From the NCBI GenBank assembly GCA_964016885.1, contig CAXHJY010001307.1, positions 1 through 47,000 of the forward strand: DNA of 47,000 bases. The letters run 5' to 3'. Of the stretch, positions 24,250 through 36,461 are shown piece by piece. The notes under the pieces were generated by a model. The model was not told where the DNA came from. It searched no databases and was given only the letters and a program-made list of their open reading frames with translations. This DNA is from Eledone cirrhosa (taxonomy: Eukaryota). The translations under genes were made by a program, and so were the position numbers. Position 1 is the stretch's first letter; each line of letters opens with the position of its first letter.

Positions 24250-25627
24250 ACATCTACTGTGTTATATACACACACATCTACTGTCTTACATACACACACA
24301 TCTACTGTGTTACATACACACACATCTACTGTGTTACATACACACACACCTACTGTGTTACATACACACACATCTACTGTGTTACATACACACATCTACC
24401 GTGTTACATATACAGAGATCTACAGTGTTACATACACACACATCTATTGTGTTACATACACACACATCTACTGTGTTACATACACACACATCTACTGTGT
24501 TACATGCACACATCTACTGTCTTACATACACACATCTACTGTGTTACATACACACACATCTACTGGGTTACATACACACATCTACTGGGTTATTAGCGCA
24601 CACATCTACTGGGTTACATACACACACATCTACTGTGTTACATACACACACATCTACTGTGTTACATACACACATCTACTGGGTTATATACGCACACATC
24701 TACTGGGTTACATACACACACATCTACTGTGTTACATAAACACACATCTACTGTGTTATATACACACACATCTATTGTGTTACATACACACACATCTACT
24801 GTGTTACAGACACACACATCTACTGTGTTACATACACACACATCTACTGTGTTACATACACACACATCTACTGTGTTATATACACACACATCTATTGTGT
24901 TACACACATCTACTGGGTTACATACACTCACATCTACTGTGTTACATACACACACATCTACTGTCTTACATACACACACATCTATTGTGTTACAATACAC
25001 ACATCTACTGTGTTATATACACACACATCTACTGTGTTACATACACACACATCTACTGTGTTACATACACACACATCTACTGTGTTACATACACACACAT
25101 CTACTGTGTTACATACACACACATCTACTGTGTTATATACACACACATCTACTGTGTTACATACACACATCTACTGTGTTACATACACACACGTCTACTG
25201 GGTTACATACATCTACTGTGTTACATACACACATCTACTGTGTTACATACACACACATCTACTGTGTTATATACACACACATCTACTGTGTTACATACAC
25301 ACATCTACTGTGTTACATACACAAACATCTACTGTGTTATATACACACACATCTACTGTGTTACATACACACATCTACTATGTTACATACACACACATCT
25401 ACTGTGTTACATACCCACATCTACTGTATTACATACACACACATCTACTGAGTTACATACACATACATCTACTGGGTTAAATACACACACATCTACTGAG
25501 TTACATACACACACATGTACTGTGTGATATACACACACATCTACTGTGTTATATACACACACATCTACTGTGTTACATACACACCCATCTACTGGGACAC
25601 ACACACACACACACACACACATCTACT
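24250..25627 (+). repeat. 22/24-bp minisatellite TCTACTGTGTTACATA(CA)3-4
   Basis: About 1.4 kb of direct tandem repeats. These explain the THTSTVLH-type spurious ORFs. Confidence 0.97.
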
Positions 25628-26153
25628 CATACATATTCATAAATAGACACAATACAAAATATTTATTAGATACACACACATCTATGTAATGATTGAGGAA
25701 TGAATTGGCTGGTGAAACGCTATAGCGATGTGTGTGTTGCGTACCTTTAAGGTTTACCGGCTTCGTAGCCTGTTCGAAGATTTTATTATAATTATGAACC
25801 TCGTATTTCAATTAATTATGAATAATTTGGGCTATTTATCACAATTGTTAGTTAATTACTAACATAGTAACTTAACATATGGTTGTTATATAGAATTTCG
25901 TTGGAAGACTTTAATTTAGATAGGAACCATTTCCATAGAAGGAGAACCAATTTTGGCTGGGTTTCTACCAAAATGGTTAATGAAGAATTTTGAACAATTT
26001 ACTAAAATTATTATATCATTACTAAGATAATGTGTGAATACACAATTATATGTGTATATATATATATATATATAAAATATTAAACAAATAATGAACAAAC
26101 AATTCCTTATATTAAACAAAAAAAGTTCGTAAACTCTTGGTAGATTTATCTAC

Positions 26154-26204
<51 letters not shown>

Positions 26205-26320
26205 ATAATAATAAATTTGAAGACTAAAATCCAAAGAGGGCTCAATAAGGATAAATATATATCAAATATATAAGAACCGTAGAGAAAATATTTATTAAAA
26301 TAACAGATTAATATATATAT

Positions 26321-26643
26321 GCACGTATGGATTCACCGAATATTTATTATAATGCTCGGTGTGTTTGTAAACAAACATCCCGTATTAAGCCGTAGTGTCT
26401 AGCAACCAACGTTGCTCGTTTGTTCAACACTGACAAAGAAACGCTGTACTAGTTTCAAGCTTGTTAGCTATCGTCAGCAACGTATACCTTCCTGCCAGAT
26501 TGTTGAACGTATATATTTACCTTATGCATATTAACGGCTTACAAACGAGCAACAGTGGTTGCTAGACACTATGGCTTAATACGGGATGTTTGTTTACAAA
26601 CACACCGAGCATTATAATAAATATTCGGTGAATCCATACGTGC
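26321..26643. mobile_element. MITE/foldback element with 103-bp TIRs inserted in (TA)n
   Basis: 26321-26423 is the reverse complement of 26541-26643 with ~3 mismatches; 117-bp spacer. Confidence 0.9.
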
Positions 26644-26786
26644 ATATATATATGTGTGCATGTATGTATATATATGTATACATACTACTGTACGTCGGTA
26701 TGCATATATGTGTGTACGTGTACATACTTATATTTAAGTAACAGCCGTACTAAGAGTGGGAAATGAAATATCGTTTCATTTTTTCC

Positions 26787-26843
<57 letters not shown>

Positions 26844-27099
26844 AATATATAAATATACATATGAAATGTAAAGTATAAATAACATTTTCTTCTTGTCTCC
26901 CACCCTTCAGTTCATTCATCCATATATCTATAATCGCCCAGAATCCAAATCCTACTTCATAATTGCTATTCTATAATTCTGTCTGACTGTTCTAAATAAT
27001 CTTCTCCTCGCTAACTACCCCATACACCTCCCTCCCCCACTCTCCAGCTTTATTATTTGGACCAATCACAAGTCAACGGCCTATGCTATCACTTCTGGT

Positions 27100-29160
27100 T
27101 ACTTTTCGATATGATGGATGGACTAAGAAATTTCTGGAGAGTCTGAAGAATCTGGACACTCGAAGACAATGCCAAAGATAACGACAAATTCACGTCATGC
27201 TGCTGGACGAAAGGGCAAGGCCCCCTCCTCTTTGTTGCGGCCGCGGATGGCCAACATAACCCCAACCCCATCCCCCTCACCCCTCCCTGCGCCCTACCCA
27301 CCAAACGCAATCCAAAACTTCAGAGTTGGTACCATGAATGTAGGCACCTTAAAAGGCTGCTCTAACGAGGTTGTAGAAATGCTTGAACGTAAGGAGGTTG
27401 ATGTTTGCTGTATCCAAGAGACCAGGTGGAGGGGCGGGTCTGCTAGATTCATTGTGGGTAAAAACGATGCTATAAGCTTTTCTGGCTGGGAAATGACAAT
27501 GGGCTGGGTGGGGTAGGAATCATGTTAGCAGAAAAATGGGTGGATAAGATAATAGACGTAAATAGAGTGAATGACAGAATAATTAAAATAAGACTTGTTC
27601 AAAATAGTACTACTGTGACAGTAATATCTGCGTACGCGCCCCAGTCTGGACTGCCTGGCGCTATAAAAGACAGATTCTATGAGACACTGATGCTCACTAC
27701 CTCCCAAATAACCGACAGTGACTATATAACTATTGCTGGCGACCTAAATGGTCACATTGGACAACATTGTGACGGTTATGACGGAATCCACGGAGGCTAT
27801 GGGTTTGGTACTAGAAATGAGGAAGGCTCCAGAACCCTGGAATTCTGTGACGCAAATAGGCTAACTATCTGTAACACTAACTTCAAAAAACGAGACAATC
27901 GCTTGATCACCTACAGATCAGGGGAACATACCAGCCAGGTAGATTATATCCTTACCAGGAGACGTGACAGAGTGTCTGTTGTAAATACTAAATCCCTCCT
28001 CCATGAAGAATGCACCTCCCAACATAGACTGATAATTAGCGACCTCATAGTCAGGACAAGACGTACTAGACAGCAGAAGAGGACTATCCTCAGGAGAAAA
28101 ATATGGAAGCTAAAGGATCCCACAGCCAGAAATAAATTTAAAAGCATATTACTTGATGCTTTCGACAGTAAGGAAGATCATTTAGAGTCGTACAATATAG
28201 AGGAACAGTGGGAATTCCTGAAAGCTAACCTGCTGATGGCGGCAGACAAAGTCTGTGGCTGGAGCAGGCCTGTAGGCAGGAGGAGAGTAACATGGTGGTG
28301 GAACAGTAAGGTGGAGGAGTCAATTAAGGCCAAAAAGCAGGCTTGAAAAGTATGGCGGGATGGGGGAAGTAGAGAAGACTATCAAGTGGCCAGTAGGGAA
28401 GCTAGGAGACAAGTGTACTTCACAAGAAGGGAAGCAGAGGAAAGAAAGTTCAAGCATATTCTACAACGCGAGGACCAAAAACGTAAGGTGTTCAGGATTG
28501 CTAGGCAATGTGTCAAGGAAAACCGTGATATTGTTGGGGAGAAGTGTGTACTAAATGATGATGGTGTACTTGCCATCACTAACGCTGATAAGAAGGTAGC
28601 TTGGAAGTGTCACTAGGAAAGGCTACTAAATGAGGAGAATAAATGGGAAAAAGACAGTCTCCCCCACATCGACCCAATAGAGGGACCAGCAGTGTTAGTC
28701 GAAGGTAGTATAATAAGTAAGGTAAACAAAGACATGAAGACGGGTAAGGTGGCTGGGCCTTCGGAAATAGTTGCTGAAATGCTGAAAGCTTCTGGAACGG
28801 TGGGACACACTATGGTCACCCGGATAGTAAACCAATTCATACAGAATGGGGTTGTTCCGAAGGACTGGCGTAGCAACATCATCATTAACTGTTACAAGGG
28901 TAAAGGAGATGCCCTAGATAGGAGTAACTATAGAGGCATTAAATTAATCGACCAGGTCATGAAGGTCACAGAAAAAGTAATAGCGCAACTAATCAGAGAG
29001 AGAATTGATCTAGATGAAATGCAGTTGGGGTTTGTGTCAGGTAAAAGTACCACAGACGCTCTTTTCATTGTACGACAACTACAGGAGAAGTACCTAGCTA
29101 AAAGTAAACCCCTATACTTACCTTTTGTCGACTTGGAGAAAGCCTTCGACAGAGTCCCCC
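27100..29160 (+). mobile_element. RTE LINE 5' two-thirds (APE + RT start), broken at the 28-bp array
   Basis: MNVGTLKG, CCIQETRW, AGDLNGH, SQVDY, TWWWN, YRGIKL and DLEKAFDRVP, then an abrupt junction. Confidence 0.95.
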
Positions 29161-29407
29161 TTGAAATCAGTGCCCTAGGCAGTGCCACTTGAAATCAGTG
29201 TCCTAGGCAGTGCCACTTAAAATCAGTGCCCTCGGCAGTGCCACTTGAAATCAGTGCCCTAGGCAGTGCCACTTGAAATCAGTGCGCTAGGCAGTGCCAC
29301 TTGAAATCAGTGCCCTAGGCAGTGCCACTTGAAGTCAGTGCTCTAGGCAGTGCCACTTGAAAGCAGTGCCCTAGGCAGTGCCACTTGAAATCAGTGCCCT
29401 AGGCACT
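29161..29407 (+). repeat. 28-bp satellite, ~9 copies
   Basis: Unit TTGAAATCAGTGCCCTAGGCAGTGCCAC. Confidence 0.95.
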
Positions 29408-29590
29408 TTGTTTCATTGGTATGTGTGTGATTGCACCTATGTAAATACCTGACGTGTGTACATATATATGTGTGTGTGTGTGTGTGATTGCACCTATGTA
29501 AATACCTGCCATGTGTGTACATGTATATATATATATATATGTGTGTGTGTGTGATTGCACCTATGTAAATACCTGACGTGTGTGTACATG

Positions 29591-29624
<34 letters not shown>

Positions 29625-29852
29625 ATTGCACCTATGTAAATACCTGACGTGTGTGTACATGTATATATATATATATGTGTGTGTGTGTGTGATTGCACCT
29701 ATGTAAATACCTGACATGTGTGTACATATATATATATATATGTGTGTATCTGTTACATTGACGTAAGTTGAAAAACCTCTGTATAGTTTAGTCTTTGTCT
29801 GTGATGAGTCACCAGTAAAGATAGATATCAATCTATGTATATATATATATAT

Positions 29853-29883
<31 letters not shown>

Positions 29884-29942
29884 CATACACACACACACAT
29901 ATATATATATACATACACACACACATATATATATATATACAT

Positions 29943-30019
<77 letters not shown>

Positions 30020-30212
30020 CATACACACACACACATATATATATATACATACACACACACATATATATATATATTTATACATAAACACACACACATATAT
30101 ATATATATACATACACACACATATATATATATATATACATACACACTCATATATATATACATACACACACACATATATATATGTGTGTGTGTGTCTGTGT
30201 ATGCATATACAC

Positions 30213-30286
<74 letters not shown>

Positions 30287-30287
30287 A
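29408..30287 (+). repeat. Composite repeat (GATTGCACCTATGTAAATACCTG + TA/TG tracts, x5) followed by (TA)n/(CA)n microsatellite
   Basis: Directly visible; paralogous to 34361-34890, which has 3 units. Confidence 0.9.
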
Positions 30288-30332
30288 ATGAAAAAGTATA
30301 GAAATTATTATATATTATATATATATATACAT

Positions 30333-30673
30333 GGAGGCACATGGCTTAGTGGTTAGAGCAATCGACTGGCAATCGAAAGGTTGTGAGTTCAATTCTCAGA
30401 CCGGGTGATGTGTTGTTTCCTTGAGCAAGACACTTTATTTCACATTGCTCCAGTTTACTCAGCTGTAGAAATGAGATGATAGGGACCCCAGTCCCTATCA
30501 TTCCACTGCAAAGTGGTCGTGGAGGTGTCACGGAGAAAAAGCACCCAGCACTCACTGTAAATGAGATTGGTGTTAGGAAGAGCATCCAGCTGTAGAGATC
30601 AAGCCAGAATCAGTTCCCGTCTCACCCTTGCAAGCAGGGAAAAGTGTACGTAAAATGAAATGATGATGATGAT
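30333..30673 (+). mobile_element. tRNA-derived SINE with RTE-type tail
   Basis: Box A TGGCTTAGTGG, box B GAGTTCAATTC, central domain, then TTGGTGTTAGGAAGAGCATCCAGC...(GAT)n. Confidence 0.9.
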
Positions 30674-30675
30674 AT

Positions 30676-30850
30676 ATTATCGGTAGAGGATTGGACGCCA
30701 TGCTTTCCAGCATAGTTACCTCCCTTTATGATCTGAGCTCAAATCCTGTCGAGGTTAACTTTGCCTTTCATCCTTACGGGGTCGATAAAATAAAGTACCA
30801 GTAATACACTGGGATAATTGCTGGCCTTGTGCCAAAAGTAGAAACAATTA
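30676..30850 (+). mobile_element. SINE with Nin/Deu-like core
   Basis: GAGGTTAACTTTGCCTTTCATCCTTACGGGGTCGATAAAATAAAGTACCAG follows a box B-like sequence. Confidence 0.75.
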
Positions 30851-30860
30851 AATATCTATA

Positions 30861-32627
30861 GGAGAATAAATGGGAGAAAGACAGTCTGCCCCACATCGAC
30901 CCAATAGAGGGACCAGCAGTGTTAGTCATAGGTAGTATAATAAGTAAGGCAATCAAAGACATGAAGACGGGTAAGGCGGCTGGGCCTTCGGAAATAGTTG
31001 CTGAAATGCTGAAAGCTTTTGGAACGGTGGGACACACTATGGTTACCCGGATAGTAAGCCAAGTGATACAGAATGAGGTTGTTCCGAATGACTGGCGTAG
31101 CAGCATCATCATTAACTGCTACAAGGGTAAAGGAGATGCCCTAGATAGGAGTAACTATAGAGGCATTAAATTAATCGACCAGGTCATGAAGGTCACAGAA
31201 AAAGTAATAGCGCAACTAATCAGAGAGAGAATTGATCTAGATGAAATGCAGTTGGGGTTTGTGTCAGGTAAAAGTACCACAGACGCTCTTTTCATTGTAC
31301 GACAACTACAGGAGAAGTACCTAGCTAAAAGTAAACCCCTATACTTACCTTTTGTCGACTTGGAGAAAGCCTTCGACAGAGTCCCCCGTTCCATTATCTG
31401 GTGGGCTCTTAGAAAACTCGGTGTTGATGAATGGCTTGTGAGAGCTATACAAGCCATGTATAAAGAAACAGTTAGCAAGGTTAGAATTAACAACGAATAT
31501 AGTGAAGAGTTTAGCATAAAAGTTGGTGTTCATCAGGGCTCCATTCTTAGCCCCCTACTATTTATTATTGCCAGTAAGCTAACTAAGAACATAGATTTTA
31601 TATGTGGCCGGTGCTCAGGTGCAATAAGTAGCAGCAAGTGCCCACAGAATACTAGCTCATTCCATTGCACAGATAGTTCTATAGAAATAGTGGACACCTT
31701 CCGTTACCTGGGTGACAAAATCAGCAGTGGGGGAGGGTGCTCTGAAAGTACAGTAGCTAGAGTCAGAACTGGATAGAAAAAGTTCAGAGAGCTTATACCA
31801 CTATTAGCCGCTAAAGGGTTCTCTCTAAAAATGAAAGGCAGGCTATATGATGCCTGCATACGAACAGCAATGTTGCATGGCAGTGAGACCTGGGCATTGT
31901 GTGCAGAGGATATACGCAGACTGGAGAGGAACGAAGCTTGCATGCTCCGCTGGATGTGTAATAGTAATATACGTAAACGGCAAAGCATAAACGAACTAAG
32001 GGAAAAATTATAAATAAGAGGGATCAGATGTTGTTTACTCGAGAGAAGGCTACGTTGGTTTGGTCACGTGATGTGCATGAAAGACGACAGCTGTATAAAA
32101 AAGTGCAGAGCACTCAAAGTTGAAGGGAGCTATGGAGATGTTGGAAGACTTGGGATGAGGTGATAAAAGCTGACCTTGCACAATTGCACCTCTCAAAGGG
32201 TATGACACAGGACCATGATCTCTGGCACTATGCTGTCATACAGAAGACCCACCTTCCCATATGAAGGTGCTGAGTCATACATCTAGTATGCACCACCTTC
32301 CATCCCATAGACCTTCCACGTTGTAGTCACCCCACCCTTATATCTACCTCCTCAATTCCCCATGCATCTCACCCACCCAAGTCCCCAAACAACACTATAT
32401 AAGTGGTCAGCTTGGCGCCACGACAATGAGTGCCCAATCGACACTGTAAAGTGGTCGTGTTGGTAACATGACTAAAAGCACCCAGTACACATTGTTGTTG
32501 GCATTAGGACAACCAGACATAGAAATGAAGCCAAAATCAGTTCTGTGTGAGCAAAACATGGTCCTCTGACATGGCTCATCTAACCCATGCTAGCGTGGAA
32601 AATGGACGTTGAATGATGAAGATGATA
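30861..32627 (+). mobile_element. RTE LINE RT + 3' end, with the YADD region deleted at ~31572
   Basis: ORF 30919-31776 jumps LLFIIA|SKLTKN; then MLHGSETW, WFGHV, 3' UTR and tail. Confidence 0.95.
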
Positions 32628-32637
32628 TCTGCATACA

Positions 32638-32835
32638 CAGGGTCGGTGACAGACTAGCTGGCACCCTAGGCAAGCTGACAATCTGGCACCCTCAAAGGAA
32701 AATATCAATTTCAAAATTTATAAATAAAAAAATATTTGTTTTATATTTTCACCATGTATTTGTCCCCGTATTAAATAAAACTGAAATATATCTATTTATT
32801 TATTTTCTTAAATTGTTTAATTGGAGAAATGCCCC
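32638..32835 (+). mobile_element. Left end of a hAT-like non-autonomous DNA element that leads into the 28-bp array
   Basis: Starts CAGGGTCGG; subterminal GGCACCCTAGGCA shares the GCCCTAGGCA core of the satellite. Confidence 0.5.
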
Positions 32836-34360
32836 ACTTGAAATTAGTGCCCTAGGCAGCCCCACTTGAAATCAGTGCCCTAGGCAGTGCCACTTGAAAT
32901 CAGTGCCCTAGGCAGTGCCACTTGAAATCAGCGCCCTAGGCAGTGCCACTTGAAATCAGCGCCCTAGGCAGTGCCACTTGAAATCAGCGCCCTAGGCAGT
33001 GCCACTTGAAATCAGCGCCCTAGGCAGTGCCACTTGAAATAAGCGCCCTAGGCAGTGCCACTTGAAATCAGTGCCCTAGGCAGTGCCACTTGAAATCAGT
33101 GCCCTAGGCAGTGCCACTTGAAATCAGCGCCCTAGGCAGTGCCACTTGAAATCAGCGCCCTAGGCAGTGCCACTTGAAATCAGCGCCCTAGGCAGTGCCA
33201 CTTGAAATCAGTGCCCTAGGCAGCTCCACTTGAAATCAGTGCCCTAGGCAGTGCCACTTGAAATCAGTGCCCTAGGCAGTGCCACTTGAAATCAGCGCCC
33301 TAGGCAGTGCCACTTGAAATCAGCGCCCTAGGCAGTGCCACTTGAAATCAGCGCCCTAGGCAGTGCCACTTGAAATCAGCGCCCTAGGCAGTGCCACTTG
33401 AAATAAGCGCGCTAGGCAGTGCCACTTGAAATCAGTGCCCTAGGCACTGCCACTTGAAATCAGCGCCCTAGGCAGTGCCACTTGAAATCAGTGCCCTAGG
33501 CAGTGCCACTTGAAATCAGTACCCTAGGCACTGCCACTTGAAATCAGCGCCCTAGGCAGCTCCACTTGAAATCAGTGCCCTAGGCAGTGCCACTTGAAAT
33601 CAGTGCCCTAGGCAGTGCCACTTGAAATCAGTGCCCTAGGCAGTGCCACTTGAAATCAGTGCCCTAGGCAGTGCTACTTGAAATCAGCGCCCTAGGCAGT
33701 GCCACTTGAAATCAGTGCCCTAGGCAGTGCCACTTGAAATCAGTACCCTAGGCACTGCCACTTGAAATCAGCGCCCTAGGCAGTGCCACTTGAAATCAGT
33801 GCCCTAGGCAGCTCCACTTGAAATCAGTGCCCTAGGCAGTGCCACTTGAAATCAGTACCCTAGGCACTGCCACTTGAAATCAGCGCCCTAGGCAGTGCCA
33901 CTTGAAATCAGTGCCCTAGGCAGCTCCACTTGAAATCAGTGCCCTAGGCAGTGCCACTTGAAATCAGTGCCCTAGGCAGTGCCACTTGAAATCAGTGCCC
34001 TAGGCAGCTCCACTTGAAATCAGTGCCCTAGGCAGTGCCACTTGAAATCAGTGCCCTAGGCAGTGCCACTTGAAATCAGTGCCCTAGGCAGTGCCACTTG
34101 AAATCAGTGCCCTAGGCAGTGCCACTTGAAATCAGTGCCCTAGGCAGCTCCACTTGAAATCAGTGCCCTAGGCAGTGCCACTTGAAATCAGTGCCCTAGG
34201 CAGTGCCACTTGAAATCAGTGCCCGAGGCAGTGCCACTTGAAATCAGTGCCCTAGGCAGTGCAACTTGAAATCAGTGCCACTTGAAATCAGTGCCCTAGG
34301 CAGCTCCACTTGAAATCAGTGCCCTAGGCAGTGCCACTTGAAATCAGTGCCCTAGGCACT
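32835..34360 (+). repeat. 28-bp satellite, ~54 copies
   Basis: TTGAAATCAG[T/C]GCCCTAGGCAGTGCCAC, with recurring variants (CAGCTCCAC, TACCCTAGGCACT). Confidence 0.98.
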
Positions 34361-34707
34361 TTGTTTCATTGGTATGTGTGTGATTGCACCTATGTAAATA
34401 CCTGACGTGTGTGTACATGTATATATGTGTGTGTGTGTGTGTGTGTGATTGCACCTATGTAAATACCTGACGTGTGTGTACATGTATATATATATATGTG
34501 TGTGTGATTGCACCTATGTAAATACCTGACGTGTGTGTACATGTATATATATATATGTGTGTGTGTGTGTATCTGTTACATTGACGTAAGTTGAAAAACC
34601 TCTGTATAGTTTAGTCTTTGTCTGTGATGAGTCAGCAGTAAAGATATATATCAATCTATGTATATATATATATATACATACACACACACACACACACATA
34701 TATACAT

Positions 34708-34742
<35 letters not shown>

Positions 34743-34771
34743 CATACACACACACACATATATATATATAT

Positions 34772-34827
<56 letters not shown>

Positions 34828-34890
34828 CTGTGTATGCGTATACACATATATATATATATATACATATATATTATATATATATATATATAT
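34361..34890 (+). repeat. Composite repeat plus microsatellite, paralog of 29408-30287
   Basis: Shares the unique segment TCTGTTACATTGACGTAAGTTGAAAAACCTCTG... Confidence 0.9.
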
Positions 34891-34930
34891 ACGATATTAA
34901 CAAATGGAAACTATATTTATAAACCATATC

Positions 34931-34995
34931 TATTTTATTATACATATTTCAAGGATACCATGTTAAATTATGGTATGCTTTCATCAGACAAAATA
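34931..34995 (-). ncRNA. Minimal type I hammerhead ribozyme
   Basis: Stem I TATTTTGT/ATAAAATA, core CTGATGA, stem II AAG.ATACCAT/ATGGTAT.CTT, GAA, stem III ATATGTAT, AUA cleavage triplet. Confidence 0.8.
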
Positions 34996-36461
34996 CAATA
35001 TATACCAGTTTTATAAATAAATATTGACATACCCTTTCAAAATGCAACCGTTACTTTTGGAAGACATCAGGGATAGTGGATATATATACTTATAATAGTA
35101 AGCCGTTGTGTTACGGAGAAGGAAAAAGACGGAGAGAGAGAAAAAGAGAGAAAAAACGGAGAGAGATAAAAGCAGAGAGAGAAAGGGAGAAATAAAGAAA
35201 GAAAAAGAAAAAAGAAAAAGGAGAAAAACGACAGAGAGATATCAAAACACCAGACGGAGAGAAAAAAATCGAGAGAGAGAAATATAGAGATAGAGAGAGG
35301 GGGAGAGAACGAAAACCTTAAGTCATGTCATATTAAGTTAAGTTAACAATTGAGATGAAATGAATAAATAAAATTAGAAATATTAATATTCATGAATGGA
35401 ATATATATATATATATATATAATATGAGAAATTAATCATTGTTTAACTATGATTAGATATTTAGTTTAAAAATTGGAATTTAAACATTAAGAAATCTATA
35501 TATTGCTAGAGAAAATTACATATCATATAACACGTACACACACGCAAAAATACACATAAATATATATATACACACACTCAGAAAATACACATCATATCTA
35601 CCCCCGCATATAATATATACATACAAAGCATAAATGATTTTTTTTATTAATGTTATACATCCTTTGTGTTATTAAATAAAATGTTTAATATATATATATA
35701 AATATATAAGATTAGCTGTCATGCATTTATGGCTGTTAATTATGTCTATCTGCAATCAAATTGTATGGGTATACATGTACATGTACACACACAATTCTTA
35801 CATATACATATATAAACATGTGTGTGCATCCTCAGCCAATTGGTAGATACGCGTCACGCATGCATATATACAGATAGACATATATTCATAAAAATGCATA
35901 TAACACATGTATATGTATGTTAATATACGCATATACATACATACACGTATAGAGATAAGTATACATCAATATAGTACATAGTATAATTGAGTACATAAAA
36001 TACAAAAGAATTATATTTTGGAAATATAATTATATCAATATAACTTAAAAACAAAAGAATTCTAAAATATTAAAATATTAAAATATTTTAAAATATTATA
36101 GAATATTTTAAGTTAAAATAATATGTTTAATACATTTAGTATAGAAATTTATCTTACGTATATTTTACTCAAGATATTGAAAGGATAAACTTTAGAAAAT
36201 TATGAGAAGCTATCAGAATAAAAAACAAACCTAATAAAAAATAAATAAAATATAAAAAATATAAACAATAAGAAATAGGAAATATTTTCTCCTTTCAAGA
36301 GCTCTCAATATATTTCTCTAGAATAGTTTATTATATTTATATTTATATTTAGGAAGAAAATTTATACTTGAGTACTTAACCAAAGAAAATGAAAAAGGTG
36401 AAGGAATCTAATGATTTATCGACAGGTTTCATATATTAACCAAATTAATTAATTAATTATA

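Noticed and set aside
24259-25527. 422-aa and overlapping His/Thr/Cys-rich ORFs
   Set aside because: They are translations of the 22/24-bp minisatellite and are open in several frames.
29391-30287. YI/CV-rich ORFs (also 34514-35016, 41467-41782 and 43898-45862)
   Set aside because: Microsatellite translations.
30333-30405. Possible tRNA genes (also ~6320-6392 and 38840-38910)
   Set aside because: Only A and B boxes are kept, with no clean cloverleaf, and they continue into SINE bodies.
35120-35312. GA-rich tract
   Set aside because: Simple low-complexity sequence inside the Penelope 3' region.
36405-36461. Second hammerhead directly after the Penelope stop codon (GAAACCTGTC on minus)
   Set aside because: No CTGANGA core is present upstream.
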